DNA from: an uncultured Alphaproteobacteria bacterium
GTDB taxonomy: Bacteria > Pseudomonadota > Alphaproteobacteria > Micavibrionales > Micavibrionaceae
Assembly (NCBI GenBank): GCA_937941545.1
Contig: CALDHI010000046.1
Coordinates: forward strand, 1-48,226
DNA length: 48,226 bases
Direction of reading: 5' to 3'
Below are positions 1 through 8,254 of this stretch, piece by piece (within the stretch, counting starts at the first letter, position 1; each line of letters starts with the position of its first letter). The translations under genes and the position numbers were made by a program. Below the pieces are notes generated by a model. That model was given only the letters and a program-made list of their open reading frames with translations. It was not told the origin of the DNA and ran no database searches.

Positions 1-777
1 ATATTGTTGAAAGGGCTAGGTGAAGTGAACCAAGCGCCAAATCCACAAAAAGCCGCTGAAATGGTGATCATCCGCCTCTCATACGCAGCAGATTTGCCAG
101 ACCCTGCTGATATTATTAAGAAATTACAAGCGCAAGGAGCAAGTGTAGGCGCGGGCGGGGCTATGGCGTCGCCTTCTGTTGCTGGCTCACCGACGGCTTC
201 TGCTGGCGGGGTGGAGGCAACCAACGCAGTTGGAGCGGTTGGCAATGCGCCAACGGGGACACCTTCAAATGCAACCGTTAATTCGGTGATAGGGTTGGAT
301 AATAATTCCACCCCTCATTTTGTGATTTCACCGCAAATACAAAATGAGGAGACTCAAGTTAGTGGAAGCGCAAATTTAGCCTTAGCTGATGATAGTAATC
401 CTGTCCCTGAAAATAATGGACGTGTTGAAACGATGTTGGATGTTGTTCAAGCCCTTGAAAATTCAGGCGAAATGGTGTTCGCTATGCATATTAGAATGTA
501 TGCGCACCCTGTTAAAATTAAAGATAATAGCATTGAATTTAGTTTGGCTGATGGTGCGCCAGACCGCTTGTCACAAGATCTATCGCAAAAGTTAAAAGCG
601 GCAACAGGCAAGCGTTGGATTGTGTCCGTGTCCAGTGCCATGGGGCAACCGACTTTGGCGCAATTGGCGGATACGCAGCATCAAAACCTTCGTACGCACA
701 TTATGGAACAACCGTTGGTAAAAAATATTCTACAGCTATTCCCTGACGCAAAATTAAAAGAAATAACGGATAAATAA
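1..777 (+). CDS. dnaX: DNA polymerase III subunit gamma/tau, C-terminal part (5' end lies outside the window)
   Basis: The frame is open from base 1. The motif EMVIIRLSYAADLPDPADIIKKL resembles the conserved DnaX domain III segment. A low-complexity Ala/Gly/Ser linker and a tau-like C-terminus follow. ybaB lies immediately downstream, the classic dnaX-ybaB pairing. Confidence 0.8.
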   Translation: MLLKGLGEVNQAPNPQKAAEMVIIRLSYAADLPDPADIIKKLQAQGASVGAGGAMASPSVAGSPTASAGGVEATNAVGAVGNAPTGTPSNATVNSVIGLDNNSTPHFVISPQIQNEETQVSGSANLALADDSNPVPENNGRVETMLDVVQALENSGEMVFAMHIRMYAHPVKIKDNSIEFSLADGAPDRLSQDLSQKLKAATGKRWIVSVSSAMGQPTLAQLADTQHQNLRTHIMEQPLVKNILQLFPDAKLKEITDK

Positions 778-786
778 TAACCCACT

Positions 787-864
787 CGTTATTGCGAGCG
801 AAGCGCGGCAATCTAGTGCCAAGTCAATAGAGTTCTGGATTGCGTCACTACGTTCGCAATGACG
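787..864. repeat. PAL-1 palindromic repeat, copy A (CGTTATTGCGAGCGAAGCGCGGCAATC ... GGATTGCGTCACTACGTTCGCAATGACG)
   Basis: Imperfect inverted repeat arms of about 27 nt surround a loop of about 23 nt. The same arm consensus recurs at 12019, 14090, 28544 and 32289. Confidence 0.8.
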
Positions 865-894
865 TTTGAAAAATTAAATAAGGAAAGTCACAAA

Positions 895-1215
895 ATGAAT
901 ATCGCAAAAATGATGCAACAAGCCAAAGAAATGCAAGGCAAGATGGAAGAGATGCAAGCCAAAATGGGCGACGTCGAAGTCCACGGCGAATCTGGTGGGG
1001 GCTTAGTCAAAGTGACCATGACCTGTAAAAGCGAAATTCGTGCCCTCGATATTGACTCGAGTATTCTGGTCGCCAGCGAAAAAGAAATCGTCGAAGACTT
1101 GATTAAGGCCGCTATCAATGACGCCAAAGCCAAGGCCGACGCCAAAATGGCCGACGAAACCTCCTCCATGATGGGCGACATGGGCTTACCCGCAGGAATG
1201 AAATTGCCGTTTTAA
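895..1215 (+). CDS. ybaB: YbaB/EbfC family nucleoid-associated protein
   Basis: MNIAKMMQQAKEMQGKMEEMQAKM...VEVHGESGGGLVKVTMTCKSEIRALDID is typical of YbaB. AAGGAAAG is a good ribosome-binding site before the ATG at 895. The track start at 859 falls inside the PAL-1 repeat. Confidence 0.9.
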   Translation: MNIAKMMQQAKEMQGKMEEMQAKMGDVEVHGESGGGLVKVTMTCKSEIRALDIDSSILVASEKEIVEDLIKAAINDAKAKADAKMADETSSMMGDMGLPAGMKLPF

Positions 1216-1223
1216 ATAATTAA

Positions 1224-1254
1224 TTGACATAGATTTGCTCTTTGTATTTAATAT
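1224..1254 (+). promoter_or_regulatory. Candidate sigma70-type promoter (TTGACATA -35 element, TATTTAATAT -10 region) for the 1281 ORF
   Basis: TTGACA lies at 1224-1229 and an AT-rich -10-like stretch at 1245-1254. The exact -10 hexamer is ambiguous. Confidence 0.35.
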
Positions 1255-1280
1255 CCCTAAAAAATTAAGGGGAAAATATT

Positions 1281-1904
1281 ATGCATTATGGGAGCACGCC
1301 ATTTGAAGTATCCGCTTCACAAAGTAATACTATAAAACCAGTAACAAAATTACTGAATGCTGAAGAAAGAATTCGGTTTGGATCTGACCTCAAAAATTTT
1401 CCAAGCTTAAGCATTCGTTATGCTCGGGCAAGTGATTTTGTTGCTATTCAAACGATCAGTAATACAGGTATTAAAATTGTTGGTGAACAATTGACAATAA
1501 AGACCTTTAATAAATTTCTTCCTATGGCGCCTAAGGCAAATCCTTTCCGCCATCATCAAAAAATACTGGTGAGTGACAGTGGTGAAGCATTGGGGTTCAT
1601 TCGCGCTAATCATGACATTGAAAAAGGTGTCACCAGATTAACTCATTTATTTGCTGTAGAAGCATTTGATCTAAGAAAAGATAACCGTCATTTTGAAGTC
1701 TTGCCAGAATATATTTTGGAAGCAGATCTTCAAGACTCTGCTCGCCGTATAGCAAGTACGACGTCTATAAAGGCTGGATTTCCATTAGGAAGATATGATG
1801 CTGCTGAGCGAGTATCACAAATGGGATATACGCATATTGGTAGAGAACCTAGCCCAGTGATAAATGGTGCTATTATGCATGTTTTTCAAAAACGACTTGG
1901 ATAA
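1281..1904 (+). CDS. Hypothetical protein, 207 aa, orphan
   Basis: Long ORF with an ATG start and the ribosome-binding site AAGGGGA. It is visibly AT-richer than its neighbours. I recognise no domain. Confidence 0.6.
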   Translation: MHYGSTPFEVSASQSNTIKPVTKLLNAEERIRFGSDLKNFPSLSIRYARASDFVAIQTISNTGIKIVGEQLTIKTFNKFLPMAPKANPFRHHQKILVSDSGEALGFIRANHDIEKGVTRLTHLFAVEAFDLRKDNRHFEVLPEYILEADLQDSARRIASTTSIKAGFPLGRYDAAERVSQMGYTHIGREPSPVINGAIMHVFQKRLG

Positions 1905-1955
1905 TTGAAAACTAGTTCTTGTTGTTAGTCTTGTATAAATGCTTAAACTACCCTC

Positions 1956-2792
1956 ATGAAAATAGTCACTTGGAATATTAATTCGGTTCGCTTGCGGGCG
2001 CCGATGGTTGTTAAATTAATGCGCGAGGAAGCGCCTGATATTATTTGCCTTCAAGAAACCAAAACGATGGATGAATTTTTCCCGCGTGATGTGTTTGAAG
2101 CTGAAGGCTATACCCACATTCATATTGCGGGTATGAAAAGCTATAACGGTGTTTGTATTCTATCCAAAATTCCGTTCACGCAAACTGATATTCATAGCCG
2201 CGTTGGTAAAGAAGATTGTCGGCATGTTTCAGTATCGCTTCGCTCGCCCTCAGGGTCGCAGGTGACCTACGGGGGAATACCTTCAGGCATTCAAAAACTA
2301 GACATTCATAATCTATATATTCCTGCCGGCGGTGATGAGCCAGATCGTGACATTAATGAAAAATTTGGGCATAAGCTTGATTTTATAAATGAGATGCGCG
2401 ATTTCTTTGCTGCAAATTATACGGCGAATGATAATGTTGTGACGCTTGGTGATTTTAATATCGCCCCGCGTGAACATGATGTTTGGTCGTCTAAGCAACT
2501 CCAAAAAGTAGTCTCGCACACGCCGATTGAAATTGAGCATTTATCCAACATGGCGGACTCAATTGACTGGCAAGATGCAGTGCGCCATTTTGTCCCCGAT
2601 GAAGAAAAATGTTATAGCTGGTGGAGCTATCGCAACCGTGACTATACCAAATCAAACCGTGGGCGCAGGCTCGATCATATTTGGGTGACGAAGCCGTTAA
2701 TAAGTAGACTTACATCTTATAGAGTTTTAACAGAGTATCGCGCGCTAGAAAAACCATCTGACCACGTCCCTGTGATGATTGAGTTAGCGTAG
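1956..2792 (+). CDS. xthA: Exodeoxyribonuclease III
   Basis: MKIVTWNINSVRLR...ICLQETK...YNGVCILSK...HNLYIPAGGD...LGDFNIAP...RLDHIW...SDHVPV are EEP/ExoIII family motifs across the full length. Confidence 0.92.
   Translation: MKIVTWNINSVRLRAPMVVKLMREEAPDIICLQETKTMDEFFPRDVFEAEGYTHIHIAGMKSYNGVCILSKIPFTQTDIHSRVGKEDCRHVSVSLRSPSGSQVTYGGIPSGIQKLDIHNLYIPAGGDEPDRDINEKFGHKLDFINEMRDFFAANYTANDNVVTLGDFNIAPREHDVWSSKQLQKVVSHTPIEIEHLSNMADSIDWQDAVRHFVPDEEKCYSWWSYRNRDYTKSNRGRRLDHIWVTKPLISRLTSYRVLTEYRALEKPSDHVPVMIELA
2243..2280 (+). repeat. HP-2-like hairpin element embedded in frame inside xthA
   Basis: GCCC-TCAG-GGTC-GCAGGT-GACC-TAC-GGGG has the same architecture as intergenic HP-2 copies such as AGCC-TCAG-GCGCG-TAAA-CGCGC-TAC-GGCT. 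It encodes about SPSGSQVTYGG. Confidence 0.45.
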
Positions 2793-2833
2793 CGCGTTTA
2801 TAAAGTAGACTTACATTTCTAAAGGATGCCCTG

Positions 2834-2862
2834 TTGACATAATTAACGTTTTCTTTTAGAAA
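2834..2862 (+). promoter_or_regulatory. Candidate promoter: TTGACA, 17-nt spacer, TAGAAA, ending 6 nt before the ATG at 2869
   Basis: TTGACATAATT lies at 2834-2844 and the -10-like TAGAAA at 2857-2862. No convincing Shine-Dalgarno sequence sits between it and the ATG. Confidence 0.35.
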
Positions 2863-2868
2863 GTAACT

Positions 2869-3864
2869 ATGGTCGATACGTATACACAAACATCACGGGC
2901 GCATACTGATTTTTTAGAAGCAAGAGTAAGTGATGTTGATAAACATACTGCGCCTGTATTTATTGCGAATCTTTTATCGAGCAAGCCATTTGGTAAAAAG
3001 CAATTTAAAGATATGGCTGATTATGCAAGACGATTTTATGACTCAGGTATTGTTTTGTGTCAAAAAAGCCAACAAAAAAAAGAGCGTTTGCTCAACGTCT
3101 CTTTTGATTGGATGCAAGCAACAACTGGACACGTCTCTTATATTAGTGATCGATTGTTAACGCCTACCTCTTTTCATTTAGAAATGGATAAAAAATCTTT
3201 TTTTCATGTTGAGCGGTTATTTCCTATTATTTGGGATTACGACCATGTTGAGTTTCGTCAGATGCAACGGGCGCGAATGTTACCTGAATATGATGATGCT
3301 GATTTTATGCAAACCTTAAAAATAGGATTAGCGTTCTCAAATTATTTAAATGTAGATATGCCACAGCAAGGTAACGGGGCTGTACCAATTTTTTTGCCTC
3401 ATAAAAAAGGTGTGTTTTGTGGCTTGTGTGTTTTACAAAGCCCACAAGCATCCTATCCTCTTACGTACATAAAAAATGAATTTTCAAGATCTGGTCAAAA
3501 TATTCTGGTCAATCATGGGGCTCAAGATAGATTTAAACCATCATGGGGGTCAGGAGCCATAGTGGTTATAAAAACATTTATCCCTACGACACAATTATTT
3601 ACATTAAAATCGAATTTGTATGACAAAATGCAAACGATGTTAGAAGACAAGGCGTTTAATAAAAACATAGATGTTCTGTGGCAAAAATATAGAAGAGCAG
3701 AGTATTTTTCTTCTCAAGAATGGCCGTGTGTTCAAAGCGCTAATGATGACATCCGCAGCGTATTACAGTCTAAGGAATGGGCGCAAGCGGTGGCATCACG
3801 AGAAGGAAAAATTTCATATATCAATGCTGATCCGTTTGCAGATTTAAAGCCAAATGCTCTTTAA
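2869..3864 (+). CDS. Hypothetical protein, 331 aa, orphan
   Basis: Long uninterrupted AT-rich ORF with no recognisable domain. Its stop overlaps the stop of the convergent DUF1223 gene (the TTAA at 3861-3864). Confidence 0.6.
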   Translation: MVDTYTQTSRAHTDFLEARVSDVDKHTAPVFIANLLSSKPFGKKQFKDMADYARRFYDSGIVLCQKSQQKKERLLNVSFDWMQATTGHVSYISDRLLTPTSFHLEMDKKSFFHVERLFPIIWDYDHVEFRQMQRARMLPEYDDADFMQTLKIGLAFSNYLNVDMPQQGNGAVPIFLPHKKGVFCGLCVLQSPQASYPLTYIKNEFSRSGQNILVNHGAQDRFKPSWGSGAIVVIKTFIPTTQLFTLKSNLYDKMQTMLEDKAFNKNIDVLWQKYRRAEYFSSQEWPCVQSANDDIRSVLQSKEWAQAVASREGKISYINADPFADLKPNAL

Positions 3865-4607
3865 ATCTCGGCCTTACCTGCTGCGACAATATTGCCGACG
3901 CTGGAATTTTTATGAATGAGTAGGGCGGCGCCTTTTATATTTTGAACGTTAGATAAATCATAATTTATATCGCGCGCCGTCCCATCCCATTTTCCTAGAT
4001 CTATGACTTTAATGATAGGATTGGTGTAATGCACGGTGCGCCCTCTATTCTCACCCTTTGGAATGCTTTGTGTTACATCATCGGCGTAGGGGATGAGCAA
4101 GATTTGATAAATACCTTCATCCATATTTTGTAGACTTACTTTTAAGTTTTTTTCTTCATCAATAAGTAGACTCACATTTTCTAATTTATTTTGTTTAGAG
4201 AGAATGAACTTTATTTTCCCTGCTTGCGAACCAACGGTTTCATCATTGCCATTGATAATAATTTGCGGTGTGTAAGGCCCGCGTGATTGAAGAGCGTGTA
4301 CATATTGGCGTTGGCGGATGTTACAAAATTCTTTTGATAAGGTGTCCTCCCAATGTAAGTGGTTCCAATAGGTTACATTGCAACTAAGCGCGATGATATT
4401 ATCGTTAGCTTGGGCTAGGTCACTCAATAATTTATCTGCTGACGGGCAGGAGGAACAGCTTTGCGAGGTAAAAAGCTCCATGACCACAGGACTTTGAACT
4501 TCGTTTGCAATATCTGATGCGTGAGCATTGATCTTGTTAATATTTATGACACCATAAAGGCCGTAGAGCGCAATAATGCCAAGGATAGAGAAAATAATTT
4601 TGTTCAT
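3861..4607 (-). CDS. DUF1223 family (thioredoxin-like fold) secreted protein
   Basis: N-terminal signal-like segment MNKIIFSILGIIALYGLYG. ELFTSQSCSSCPSAD matches the characteristic DUF1223 motif. The ATG at 4607 is preferred over the TTG at 4622. Confidence 0.75.
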   Translation of the reverse strand: MNKIIFSILGIIALYGLYGVININKINAHASDIANEVQSPVVMELFTSQSCSSCPSADKLLSDLAQANDNIIALSCNVTYWNHLHWEDTLSKEFCNIRQRQYVHALQSRGPYTPQIIINGNDETVGSQAGKIKFILSKQNKLENVSLLIDEEKNLKVSLQNMDEGIYQILLIPYADDVTQSIPKGENRGRTVHYTNPIIKVIDLGKWDGTARDINYDLSNVQNIKGAALLIHKNSSVGNIVAAGKAEI

Positions 4608-4672
4608 TGTGACGACTTTCAACGGGCTGGTTCAATGGTATATTCGTGTTAATTGAAAAAAATGTTACTGAC

Positions 4673-5797
4673 TTAAAGTGTTTTGATTTTATCCGATACC
4701 GCTTGTGCAATCATATCATACCCCGCTGCGCTGGGGTGGAGGGTGTCATTCATATAACCACTGGCCGTAGCTTGGGCATATGTGCCAAGGCTGTCACGTA
4801 GGTCAATAAGGGGTAGACTGTTTTCGGAGGCGAGCTCGCCAATAGCCTCATAAATCCCTGCTTTATTGGCAGAAGTTGCCGCTGTACTGATATCATTGGG
4901 CACTTCTAACCATATCGCCGTGTTAGGGAAGTCTGTCTGATAACCCGTAATCATCGTTTGCATCGCGGCTTTAAAAGAAGATTTTGTTTCGCCCTGGTTA
5001 ATATCGTTAATACCAAAATTTATTTTTAAAACATCAGGATTGATATATGCAATAACTTCACCTGTTGTCCAAGGGGTATTAGATCCAGTGTAATAATAAC
5101 TTGCGCCTTTCATAGAGGGGGCGCCTGCGTTGATAAGGCTAACGTGTTTTTTCGTGCTGTCATAGGCTTCTATTCCGTGTAAGAAAAATCCACCTGTAGT
5201 CGAAATATTTAGCGTGTGTTGCCCTATGTTATTGGCGGAAATAAGAATGGTTTCATAGGTTCGTGAGTTGTTGAAATAAAGTGAGTGGGTTGTATTAGAA
5301 CCGCCATCAATATTATAGACAACATTATTGCCAGAGACGATGTTCTTTGCGCAATAAAGAATGAAGGTATCAACGTCCTTATCGGGAGAAAAGGAGAGCT
5401 GTCCGCTGGAACTAAATTGAAATAAGCCATGCCCTAATGCATTGCCTGTTCCATTTTTATTGATGCTGCCACTCCATGTAAGTCTATCATCATGATCAAG
5501 CACTCTCTCGTTGACGTTGTTGGTTTGGGGAGCGCCCCAGCCGATGAAGCTGTCTGATGAGGCTTCGTATCCTTCAGCCTCGATTAACGCGCGCAGTTTT
5601 TCAGTAGGGCCGTTATTTCGGAATTTGGCGGTTGAGCCAACGCCTGCGGTTGTGCTGTCGCCTATGGCTAATATTTTGAAATTGGCCGTATTGTCTTTGA
5701 CGGAGGCAAATAGAGGGATGGTCGGCGCCTCTAGCGGTGGCGTGAAGGGCGTTGATGTTTGGCGGGGGGATGTGCCTTTTCCTAATGTCAGTAGCAT
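4673..5797 (-). CDS. SGNH/GDSL family hydrolase (esterase/lipase-like)
   Basis: Block I is ILAIGDSTTAGVGS and block V is DTLHPSAAGY (DxxH). The ribosome-binding site AAGGA precedes the ATG. At 374 aa it is larger than a minimal SGNH domain. Confidence 0.75.
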   Translation of the reverse strand: MLLTLGKGTSPRQTSTPFTPPLEAPTIPLFASVKDNTANFKILAIGDSTTAGVGSTAKFRNNGPTEKLRALIEAEGYEASSDSFIGWGAPQTNNVNERVLDHDDRLTWSGSINKNGTGNALGHGLFQFSSSGQLSFSPDKDVDTFILYCAKNIVSGNNVVYNIDGGSNTTHSLYFNNSRTYETILISANNIGQHTLNISTTGGFFLHGIEAYDSTKKHVSLINAGAPSMKGASYYYTGSNTPWTTGEVIAYINPDVLKINFGINDINQGETKSSFKAAMQTMITGYQTDFPNTAIWLEVPNDISTAATSANKAGIYEAIGELASENSLPLIDLRDSLGTYAQATASGYMNDTLHPSAAGYDMIAQAVSDKIKTL

Positions 5798-5819
5798 GAT
5801 TAAATCCTTTATCTATCAT

Positions 5820-5857
5820 AAAAAAACGCCCGTTTCATTTAAGAAAGGACGTTTTTT
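5820..5857 (-). terminator. Rho-independent terminator after the MFS gene
   Basis: The hairpin AACGCCCGTTTC...GAAAGGACGTT is flanked by an A-run on the plus strand and a T6 run. Read on the minus strand it is a stem followed by a T-run. Confidence 0.6.
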
Positions 5858-5924
5858 AAAATTGGTTTTTGGGTGATTTCAATTTTTATATTATGATTAA
5901 AATCCTAAAAAGTCAAGCTTTATT

Positions 5925-7109
5925 TTAAGGTTGTTTTGTGGTGCGGGCTTTCATGACCTCCCATAAGGCAATACATAAGCCCCCTAGCATCAGCCAGCCA
6001 ATGATACTGTATAGGCCAACACCGATGGAATGATGAGAGACAAAATATCCTAATATCAAGCTGGACGGGATGAACAATAATTGAACCAATAAGTTTTTGG
6101 TTGATAAAATTGTTGCCCGTCGCTCAGACCCCACGCGCATGTTAATGGCGTTATCCACGCGCGGATTGGCCAAGCCGAATAGGCAAGAGCCCCCGAGCAT
6201 CAGCAAAGCGATGCCGACCCAATTCATCAAGAATCCTGACAGCATACAAACAGCTATCGCGCATAAGAAAATAATGAACAGCATTCTGATGTTGGAGATA
6301 TGCGTTTCTAACCTGTGCGCCATCTGGCTGGAAAAACCTCCCAGTAAGGCGCCAACGGCAAACAAAATTCCGAAATAAAATTCAGGGATTTCGAGTGCCA
6401 TGTAATAAGGTTGTTGCGACCACATGATAAGCTTTGTGCCATTAAATAAAATAGCGGCAAACAAAATAATGAAGGCAATTTCTTTATTGCCATGCAAGGC
6501 ATAAATCATCGTATCGCGCATATCTTTCAACGGATGCACGGTGACGGCGCTTTTGACGCGCGGCGGCTCCACCATTTTATAGGCGAAATAGATGGCGGGG
6601 ATAAGCACAAATAGCTCCGCATAGAAGGGCAACGTAGGATGCACTTCATACATAAACCCACCTAGAATACAAGCGAAGGCAAGGCTGTATAATCCGAGCC
6701 CCATGCGCTTTCCTTCCAATTTAGAAAATTGATTTTCCCTTTTTTGCGCCAGTAAAGTGTCATATAAAAAGGCACTATTAGTGCCAGAAAATAAGCTGAC
6801 TGCGATGCCGAATGTCGCTTGTGCGATAATAGCATCGGTTAAATCATTGGCTAAGATTAATAAAATAGACCCTATGATATAAATAACTACGGCAAGTATA
6901 AGAACGTTTTTGCGTTTCCAAACATCAGACAACCAGCCAGAAGGAACTTCTAAAATCACGATAAGTGCTGCAAAAACGGCTTCGGCAATTAAGAAATCTT
7001 GGAAGCTCAGCCCAATATAATCCGCATAATAGGGAATTATAATGGGTATGCAAAACAGCATGTTCATTGAAACTGTGTAATAGTTCAAATATTTTACGTT
7101 ATCTTTCAT
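5925..7109 (-). CDS. MFS transporter
   Basis: Roughly 12 predicted hydrophobic helices and an MFS-like loop (WLSDVWKRKN). The ATG at 7109 overlaps the GNAT stop as ATGA. Confidence 0.8.
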   Translation of the reverse strand: MKDNVKYLNYYTVSMNMLFCIPIIIPYYADYIGLSFQDFLIAEAVFAALIVILEVPSGWLSDVWKRKNVLILAVVIYIIGSILLILANDLTDAIIAQATFGIAVSLFSGTNSAFLYDTLLAQKRENQFSKLEGKRMGLGLYSLAFACILGGFMYEVHPTLPFYAELFVLIPAIYFAYKMVEPPRVKSAVTVHPLKDMRDTMIYALHGNKEIAFIILFAAILFNGTKLIMWSQQPYYMALEIPEFYFGILFAVGALLGGFSSQMAHRLETHISNIRMLFIIFLCAIAVCMLSGFLMNWVGIALLMLGGSCLFGLANPRVDNAINMRVGSERRATILSTKNLLVQLLFIPSSLILGYFVSHHSIGVGLYSIIGWLMLGGLCIALWEVMKARTTKQP

Positions 7110-7723
7110 GTCTGCCACCTTACATCCAAATCGGGTAAGCCGTCTAAGTTTATACGGCTGAAGCTATGGCTGTCCACGATATCACCGTTGGGTAATTTCT
7201 CGGCACATTTTGTGCAACCTTCATAGTCAAAGCCAAGTTTTGTGATGACGTTTTTACTCGCCTCATTCCCATCGGCATGACCAATCATAACCGCGCGCGC
7301 ATTAAGTGCGTTGAAGCTGTAGCGTGTGAGGGCATTGGCGATTTCAGTGGCGTAGCCTTTGCCTTGCTCGCTTTTGCGTACCCAGTAGCCAATTTCAAAT
7401 CGGCAGGTTTCCCAATCAAAACGGTGTAAACCAGACGCCGCAACAAAATTTTTTGTTTCTTTATCGAACGCATAAACCATCGCATCTTTGCGTAGAATAA
7501 AATCCGCGTAGGCTTTACGGCACACGCCTTCAGTATGGTTGACGTCAGTGTGAGCGTTTATCCATGGCATCCATCTTTTAAGAGCATCCTTGGTTTCCTC
7601 AATGGCTTCATAGACAACCGCCCCATCGCCAGGCATTGCGGGGCGGATAGTCAGGCGCGGCGTTTCAATCGGCATCGGCATGTCAATCAAGATAGGGTCT
7701 GTTTTTGTATTTAGATTAGTCAT
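7106..7723 (-). CDS. GNAT family N-acetyltransferase (RimJ/RimL-like)
   Basis: TPRLTIRP...GDG...IGYWVRKSEQGKGYATEIANAL...NEASKNVITKLGF are typical of RimJ-like GNATs. The ATG at 7723 has GGAG upstream. The 66-aa N-terminal extension in the track looks non-coding. Confidence 0.8.
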   Translation of the reverse strand: MTNLNTKTDPILIDMPMPIETPRLTIRPAMPGDGAVVYEAIEETKDALKRWMPWINAHTDVNHTEGVCRKAYADFILRKDAMVYAFDKETKNFVAASGLHRFDWETCRFEIGYWVRKSEQGKGYATEIANALTRYSFNALNARAVMIGHADGNEASKNVITKLGFDYEGCTKCAEKLPNGDIVDSHSFSRINLDGLPDLDVRWQT

Positions 7724-7815
7724 AGTTTTTCTCCTGTTTAAAACGTCATACGGGTAAACCCGAGGACTGGTAAATTTCAAAGGGCGGAGAAATACGAATA
7801 GGGAGTGAATATATT

Positions 7816-7840
7816 TATCAGCCGTTTGAAGGGGCTGATA
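7816..7840. promoter_or_regulatory. Perfect 8-bp inverted repeat TATCAGCC-N9-GGCTGATA upstream of the GNAT-MFS operon
   Basis: Read directly. It lies about 95 bp upstream of the GNAT ATG, with no T-run after it on either strand. It is more operator-like than terminator-like. Confidence 0.3.
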
Positions 7841-7990
7841 GGGTATGTTGGAATCAGCCAAATAATAGATGCGCAAAATTGCCCGCGAGCGATTTATAAG
7901 TCGCCGACGGTTTCGTGCCATTAATCTGGTGTATTTGTTTCAACATGATTTTAGTAAAACATGAAAAATGTATTTTGTAAAATAAAAATT

Positions 7991-8068
7991 GTCATACCCG
8001 CCTTGAGCGAGTATCTGGAGAAGAGTATTTCTTTAAATATGCAGACCCCCGCTCAAAGCGGGGGTGAC
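7991..8068. repeat. Inverted repeat pair GTCATACCCGCCTTGAGCG ... CGCTCAAAGCGGGGGTGAC (related to HP-2/PAL-1)
   Basis: Arms at 7991-8009 and 8050-8068. The right arm also folds on itself (CCCCCGC-TCAAA-GCGGGGG). It lies in the 367-bp gap between the GNAT gene and typA. Confidence 0.55.
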
Positions 8069-8211
8069 AAAATACAGCAACTGAAATTAAAAATAATGCT
8101 TCAAATTCTGTTCATGCATTGCATGTTTAAATTTTATAAATTAAGTGCGATCATAATATTTCAGTGAAAAACCTAAGATTTTTTATTGATAGGATTGAAT
8201 ATTATAAAAAT

Positions 8212-8254
8212 AAAAAAACCGCCTTATGAGGCTATTCTCATCAAGGCGGTTTTT
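8212..8254 (-). terminator. Rho-independent (bidirectional) terminator after typA
   Basis: AAAAAA-ACCGCCTT-(17 nt)-AAGGCGGT-TTTT lies about 35 nt beyond the typA stop. Confidence 0.75.

Noticed and set aside
389-641. Small ORFs (68 aa on plus, 64 aa on minus) inside or antisense to dnaX
   Set aside because: They lie entirely within a well-supported conserved CDS in other frames. They have no ribosome-binding site and no recognisable features, and are typical shadow ORFs.
7724-7921. 66-aa N-terminal extension of the GNAT ORF in the track (start at 7921)
   Set aside because: The extension is Arg-rich with odd composition and overlaps hairpin and repeat sequence. An ATG with GGAG at 7723 gives a normal-length RimJ-like protein.
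7961-8167. 68-aa ORF in the GNAT-typA spacer
   Set aside because: It runs through the repeat-derived inverted pair (7991-8068) and very AT-rich sequence. It has no ribosome-binding site and a low-complexity product, so it is probably non-coding.
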